DNA from: Candidatus Hermodarchaeota archaeon
GTDB lineage: Archaea > Asgardarchaeota > Lokiarchaeia > Sigyniarchaeales > SOKP01
NCBI GenBank assembly: GCA_048885925.1
Contig: JBHLLG010000001.1
Location: 195,105-259,104, forward strand
Length of the DNA: 64,000 bases
Reading direction: 5' to 3'
A program made the translations under genes and the position numbers. Of this stretch, positions 59,029 to 64,000 are shown piece after piece; the first letter of the stretch is position 1, and each line of letters starts with the position of its first letter. A model generated the notes under the pieces. That model saw only the letters and a list, made by a program, of their open reading frames with translations. It was not told the DNA's origin and made no database searches.

Positions 59029-59391
59029 ATGACATGTATTCACGGATTGGATGAAATAAATTGCCCCACTTGTCGAATTTTAAAATCAACTGCACCATTA
59101 AAGGAATTTTGGCCAAAAAGTCTTAACTCTCTTAATATTAAACACCCCCTTTTTAAAGATGATAATATTCTAGATCAAAAACTAAGAAATGAAATAATCA
59201 ACAAAAAAATTAGCATACAATCTCCTAATTTTATATCAAAACCTCCTTCAATAACCAATATCCCTAATTTTGAAAATAAATTATTTTTAGATAGATTTAA
59301 AGATCTTTCTCTATCTAAAGAGGACAATTTTGGGATAACAAAAAAAATGTCTTTAGAAAGCCCTGAATGGAAATTTGAAGAAGAAGAATAA
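59029..59391 (+). CDS. small hypothetical protein with N-terminal CxH...CxxC motif
   Basis: 'MTCIHGLDEINCPTCR'. Confidence 0.6.
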   Translation: MTCIHGLDEINCPTCRILKSTAPLKEFWPKSLNSLNIKHPLFKDDNILDQKLRNEIINKKISIQSPNFISKPPSITNIPNFENKLFLDRFKDLSLSKEDNFGITKKMSLESPEWKFEEEE

Positions 59392-59521
59392 AATATCCAA
59401 ATAATTTTTTAAAGAATTTTCGCTTTAGATTATCAATTTTAAGATATAAATAAAAGCTATTTAATCATAATAATAAAATATAAATCATTTTTAGAAATAT
59501 TTTAATGTGGTGAAATAAAAA

Positions 59522-60169
59522 ATGACTATGGACATTTACTGGCTTGGTCATGCTGCCTTTAAATTAAAAACACCAAGTGGAAGAATAATTTACCTTGATC
59601 CTTATCAGATTAAAGAAGGTGAAGAGAAAGCTGATATAATTGTCTCAACACATTTACATGGAGATCATTTTGATTCAAGCAGTATAAAAAGTCTTATGAA
59701 GGATGATACGGTTTTGATTGGTCCTGAGAGTATTGCAAGTAGCTTACAAAAATTTGATGGGACACCATTAAAGTTGGGAGACTCATTTGACTATAAAGAT
59801 CTTTCAATAGAATTGGTTCCTGCATATAATATTAAAAAGCCAAATCATCCCAAACGGAATGAGTGGGCAGGTATATTAGTAAAAGCAGAAGATAAGATTG
59901 TGTACCACGCAGGCGATACTGAAAGAATTCCCGAGATGAAAGATCTGGCTAATCGAAATATCACTGTCGCTTTAATGCCGTGCGGAGGGACGTATACAAT
60001 GGATTTTGATGAAGCAACTGACTCAGTTACAGATGTAAAGCCAAAATTTGCGGTCCCAATGCATAATTGGGGCAAAGATTTAACTGATTTTAAAAAGCTT
60101 CTCGAAAAGAAAGATCCTAGTATCAAAGTGGAAATATTAGAAGAAGGTGGGAAACCCCTAAAAATATAA
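59522..60169 (+). CDS. metallo-beta-lactamase-fold hydrolase (UPF0173-like)
   Basis: 'WLGHA', 'DPY', 'THLHGDH', 'YHAGDT', 'PMH'. Confidence 0.9.
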   Translation: MTMDIYWLGHAAFKLKTPSGRIIYLDPYQIKEGEEKADIIVSTHLHGDHFDSSSIKSLMKDDTVLIGPESIASSLQKFDGTPLKLGDSFDYKDLSIELVPAYNIKKPNHPKRNEWAGILVKAEDKIVYHAGDTERIPEMKDLANRNITVALMPCGGTYTMDFDEATDSVTDVKPKFAVPMHNWGKDLTDFKKLLEKKDPSIKVEILEEGGKPLKI

Positions 60170-60287
60170 TTTTATTTATTTTTATAACCCAATTTCTTTT
60201 TTTATTTGTAAGAAAATTATTGAAATTTAAGTATTACATTTTTGAATTAATCATAATTTTAAATAGAGTTGTATCTAATTCCAATAC

Positions 60288-60852
60288 ATGTCAAAAGTAG
60301 ACGCATTTATAAAAAGAAAAGAGGACGAGAAAGAGGAAAAAACATTAAGATCAAAAAGATATCAATGGTATATCGTAATTTTCATGGGTTTAGTGGGATT
60401 TCTTGATAATAACTTGAATTTAATGGAGGCTCAAGTAGTTCCTTATATACTTACTGAATATAATCTCCCTTCTAATGAATATTTTGCTTTCTGGCAAGGA
60501 ATCTTTGGGATTGCTACATTTTCAGTTTTTATTTTATCTTGGTTTACAGATGCCTTTGGAAGAAAAAAGGGAACTTTAGTTTTATTACTAATAATGGGAA
60601 TTCCATCATTTTTAATACCATTCTTTGCAGTTAATATTTGGATTTTTTTTATCTTATATACCATACTGATAACTGGCACCGTAAGTAATTTATGGGAGAT
60701 ACCGCTAAGTGAAGAATCTCCTGCCAAGAAAAGAGCCCTTTATGGAGGCGTAGCAACCTTAATAAGTCTTATACCGCTTGCTGCTATTGTAGGAGATGAT
60801 ACCTTATGAAACAAAAGGTAAAACTTTAGAAGAGATTCAAGAAGAAAGATAA
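60288..60852 (+). pseudogene. MFS transporter with a large internal deletion
   Basis: N-terminal TMs with motif A 'TDAFGRKK' and 'SEESPAKKRA'; stops at 60809; another frame (60802-60852) carries the terminal motif 'PYETKGKTLEEIQEER*'. Confidence 0.75.
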
Positions 60853-61054
60853 AAGCAAAACATTTGAAATCATTAAAAATTTAAGTCCTACTTATTATTT
60901 TTATTCTATTTTTTCAAATTTTTTTATTATTTTCTAACTGTACTATTCTATCAATTTTTTAAGATAAGATTTTAAAGTATGAATTTTAAAAGTAATATAT
61001 AAAATGTATTATATCTATAAATTTAGCGAAATAAAGTTCAAGATGTGAAGAAAA

Positions 61055-62773
61055 ATGGAAATCGATGAAGATTTGAAGTTAAACACTACTGTTGCATATA
61101 TCTCTATGGAGATAGCAGTTGATTCAAATATACCTACGTATTCTGGTGGATTGGGTGTATTATCAGGAGACACAGTCCGATCTGCTGCAGATTTAGAGAT
61201 ACCTATGGTCGGAATTTGTCTATGCTACAGTTCTGGATATTTTTACCAATTTTTCAATGAATTTGGGGAGCAAAAGGAAAAAGAAATTGCATGGAATTTC
61301 TATTATGAGTTTGATAAAGTCGAAAAGCCAATATCTCTAAAGATTGAAAATAAAGACGTTCTTGTAAGCGCTTGGCTTTATCGGGTAATAGGTCAATCTG
61401 GTCATGTACTCCCAATTTATCTTTTAACTACCGATGTTGAAGGAAATGAAGAATGGATGAAAAAAATGACAGGTTCATTATATGACAGCACCAGTCGATG
61501 GAATAGAATTGTTCAAGAAATAATTCTAGGGATTGGTGGTGTTAAACTTCTAAAATCACTGGGATACAATAACATTAAAACTTATCATCTAAATGAGGGA
61601 CATGGTTCTTTTGCCACTCTAGAATTATTTAATGAATTAGGGAGCATTGATAAAGTTAAGGAGAAAGTTGTTTTTACGACACATACACCGGTACCCGCGG
61701 GTCATGACCGATTTAACAAAGATTTAGTCGATAAAGTTTTTGAAAGTAGAATACCAAAAGAAATTAGAAAACTGGCCGATGATAATGGTGAATTTAACAT
61801 GACATTTTTAGGGATGGCTCTTTCTAGATATAGAAATGCAGTAGCTCGTAAACATGGAGATATTTCAAGAAAAATGTTTCCTCAATATGAAATTGATTAT
61901 ATCACAAATGGTATTCATTTACCTTTTTGGGTATCAAAACCCTTCAGAAAAATATTTGATAGAAAATGGCCAAATTGGAGAGCAAATCCACAAGTTCTCG
62001 AGAACGCCATAGAGATTGATGACCTTGATCTTTACGATGCTCACATTGAGAATAAGTTTAATTTGATAAATTATCAAAAAGGGCATTCTTGGAATTTATT
62101 GGATGAGGAATTGATTACAATAGGATTTGCTAGACGTTTTGCTACTTACAAGAGAGCAGTACTTATATTTCAAGATATTGATAGGTTAGGTAAGATTTGT
62201 AGAAATAATGTTCAATTTATATTTGCGGGAAAAGCTCATCCTAAGGATCAAATGGGCAAAGACTACATTAAAAAGATTCATGAATCTGGCGAATTTTTAC
62301 ATGACAATTATGGGGTAAAAGTTGTAATGATGGAAAATTATAATATGGATCTTGCTCACATGCTTGTATCCGGTGTTGACATTTGGCTTAATACACCTGA
62401 AAGATATCGTGAGGCTAGTGGTACAAGTGGTATGAAGGCTTCATTAAATGGAGTTCTAAACTTCAGTGTGCAAGATGGATGGTGGTTAGAAGGATATAAG
62501 TTAAATTCACTCGCAGGTTGGGCAATTGGTCCAGATGATTCAAATCCTAATGATCCAGGTGTTTCAAATAATTGGGAAATTGATTCGAAAGTGATTTATG
62601 ATACTTTAGAAAGCCAAATAATTTCAACTTATCAAAACCACGATGAGTGGATCTTTAGACAAAAGAACGCAATCGCATTAGCTGCGTTTTTTAACACCCA
62701 TAGAATGGTTTCCAATTATGCTGAGAAAGCTTATAAACTAAAGAGACAACATCCTTGGAAATTTATTGAATAA
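61055..62773 (+). CDS. glgP: alpha-glucan (glycogen/maltodextrin) phosphorylase
   Basis: 'YSGGLGVLSGD', 'HLNEGH', 'FTTHTPVPAGHD', 'ARRFATYKR', 'GKAHP', PLP site 'EASGTSGMKA'. Confidence 0.93.
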   Translation: MEIDEDLKLNTTVAYISMEIAVDSNIPTYSGGLGVLSGDTVRSAADLEIPMVGICLCYSSGYFYQFFNEFGEQKEKEIAWNFYYEFDKVEKPISLKIENKDVLVSAWLYRVIGQSGHVLPIYLLTTDVEGNEEWMKKMTGSLYDSTSRWNRIVQEIILGIGGVKLLKSLGYNNIKTYHLNEGHGSFATLELFNELGSIDKVKEKVVFTTHTPVPAGHDRFNKDLVDKVFESRIPKEIRKLADDNGEFNMTFLGMALSRYRNAVARKHGDISRKMFPQYEIDYITNGIHLPFWVSKPFRKIFDRKWPNWRANPQVLENAIEIDDLDLYDAHIENKFNLINYQKGHSWNLLDEELITIGFARRFATYKRAVLIFQDIDRLGKICRNNVQFIFAGKAHPKDQMGKDYIKKIHESGEFLHDNYGVKVVMMENYNMDLAHMLVSGVDIWLNTPERYREASGTSGMKASLNGVLNFSVQDGWWLEGYKLNSLAGWAIGPDDSNPNDPGVSNNWEIDSKVIYDTLESQIISTYQNHDEWIFRQKNAIALAAFFNTHRMVSNYAEKAYKLKRQHPWKFIE

Positions 62774-62827
62774 ATATTTATTCTTTTTGCTTTTTCTAAT
62801 CATTAAATTTATTAAAAGTTTTCACGA

Positions 62828-63346
62828 TTAAATACAATTAATTAAATTAAATGAACAAATCTTAATGTAATCATCAAATTTCTTTTGGCTCATATAATCT
62901 TCCATAACCTGTTTTAAAATCGTTTCCATTGTGTTAATACCAGCTGTAAATCCTTTCATATCTTTTGTTAGAAGCAGCATAAAATTTTGATTTGTTGCTA
63001 TATAAAAACAACCAGAATTTATTTCAATATTAGAATAGGTTTCAATAATATTATTGGTGTTTTGAATCGTTTCTGGTAAAGTTAATAGAACAATCAAAAA
63101 AGTCTCTGAAAACTCTTCCTTTAAATAGGAATCTCTTATTCCTGCTGCTTGTAAAGGGTTATTAGTATATGACTTAATTAAGTATTGAAGCTTGGTGAGA
63201 TCCTTTCTTAATTTGCTTTTATTATGAAAAAAAACGAATTTATTATTTAATATTAAAGGTTCTTCATCTAAATACGTTATTTTTAGAGGAACTTTTTCAA
63301 ATTTAAACTCTTTGAGGAAAGTGGACATTCTATTCTTTATAATCAA
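62828..63346 (-). CDS. hypothetical protein resembling a stand-alone GH20 domain-2 (non-catalytic) module
   Basis: 'VP.KI', 'GCFYI.......L...D.KG...GI.T...IL.Q' recall the beta-hexosaminidase N-terminal domain; no catalytic barrel. Confidence 0.4.
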   Translation of the reverse strand: MIIKNRMSTFLKEFKFEKVPLKITYLDEEPLILNNKFVFFHNKSKLRKDLTKLQYLIKSYTNNPLQAAGIRDSYLKEEFSETFLIVLLTLPETIQNTNNIIETYSNIEINSGCFYIATNQNFMLLLTKDMKGFTAGINTMETILKQVMEDYMSQKKFDDYIKICSFNLINCI

Positions 63347-63437
63347 TTGTTTTATTTAATTATAGGTAATTTCATTTAATAGAAAAACTTCATGAATTTA
63401 AATAGTAAGTAAATTTCAATAAAAATTTTGAAAATTT

Positions 63438-64000
63438 ATGAAATTCGGAACACTTAATTTCGAAAATAGGTACTTTCTTGCACCAATGCTTGATGTTACC
63501 ACTGGTCCTTACCGTAGGTTTTGTAGAAAATTTCAAAAGGTGGGTTTAGTTAGTGTTCCTATGCTATACACTAAAAAAATTGAAAAAAGTCCAAAATCTA
63601 TCGAAAAAGAACTCTTTAAGATTGAAGAGGAGCGCCCTATCAGTGTACAATTAATTGGTTCGAATTCAGAAGCTCTGAAAAAAACAATCAATTATCTTGA
63701 AAGTTATAATTATGATGTTTTAGATTTTAATGCAGGGTGCCCCTCTAAAAGGGCAATTAAAGCAAAGGAAGGAGGGTATTTAATGAAAGATTTAGAAAAA
63801 TTGAAATCATTAATTAATATAGCAAAAAAATACTCATCTAAGCCTGTTTCACTTAAAATTAGAACTGGGTATGATAAAACTTTTAATGTTGAAGAGATGG
63901 GAAAAATAATTAATGACTCTGATATAGAATTTTTAGTTATTCATGCGCGAACTGTCAAAGATAATTTTAATGAAAGAACTTTGGATTTAGATACTGTAAA
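63438..64000 (+). CDS. dus: tRNA-dihydrouridine synthase (Dus), 3'-truncated by the window edge; absent from the ORF track
   Basis: Manual translation MKFGTLNFENRYFLAPMLDVTTGPYRRFC...VQLIGS...DFNAGCPSKRA...GGYLMKD...PVSLKIRTG...VIHART. Confidence 0.9.
   Translation, partial: MKFGTLNFENRYFLAPMLDVTTGPYRRFCRKFQKVGLVSVPMLYTKKIEKSPKSIEKELFKIEEERPISVQLIGSNSEALKKTINYLESYNYDVLDFNAGCPSKRAIKAKEGGYLMKDLEKLKSLINIAKKYSSKPVSLKIRTGYDKTFNVEEMGKIINDSDIEFLVIHARTVKDNFNERTLDLDTV

Noticed and set aside
2167-60727. Numerous short antisense or alternate-frame ORFs (e.g. 2471-2809, 25569-25853, 37141-37437, 47042-47458, 57533-57838)
   Set aside because: They lie inside well-supported genes, mostly on the opposite strand, and have no motifs; shadow ORFs
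1-64000. Selenoprotein (in-frame TGA plus SECIS) candidates, since Lokiarchaea use Sec
   Set aside because: TGA-terminated ORFs end at expected family lengths, and I saw no TGA at a catalytic Cys position or a convincing SECIS; this was not an exhaustive scan
1-64000. CRISPR arrays, IS elements, integrases or proviral genes, including next to the two tRNAs
   Set aside because: No regularly spaced repeats, transposase or integrase motifs, or duplicated tRNA 3' ends were seen

Overview
AT-rich, gene-dense chromosomal segment from an Asgard archaeon, most likely Lokiarchaeia. The assignment rests on archaeal uS15/eS1 genes, intron-containing tRNAs, an ESCRT-II/ESCRT-III/Vps4 cluster next to a Rab-like GTPase, and longin/roadblock proteins. 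No CRISPR array, transposase or provirus is visible. The best candidate for an undescribed system is a tightly packed ~16-kb five-gene operon (1821-17880). It encodes a MacB/LolD/FtsE-type ABC ATPase with extra N- and C-terminal modules, two different ~1000-aa FtsX/MacB-type permeases, a 1327-aa membrane-anchored surface protein, and a 1614-aa membrane-anchored subtilase with an intact catalytic triad and a cytoplasmic 8-Cys zinc-ribbon tail. This could be a type VII ABC (mechanotransmission)-coupled surface-proteolysis or signalling machine; that function is inference. Other notable items: tRNA-Val(GAC) with a non-canonical D-loop intron, tRNA-Gly(GCC) with a canonical intron, an alpha3-less histone of the bacterial-dimer/face-to-face type, an archaeal RNase III, a nikR-larC-larB nickel-pincer neighbourhood, a decayed MNT-HEPN pair, an internally deleted MFS pseudogene, an unusual HD-domain protein near a CYTH enzyme, and a partial dus gene at the right edge that the ORF track missed. 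All family calls come from motif recognition by eye; no searches were run.
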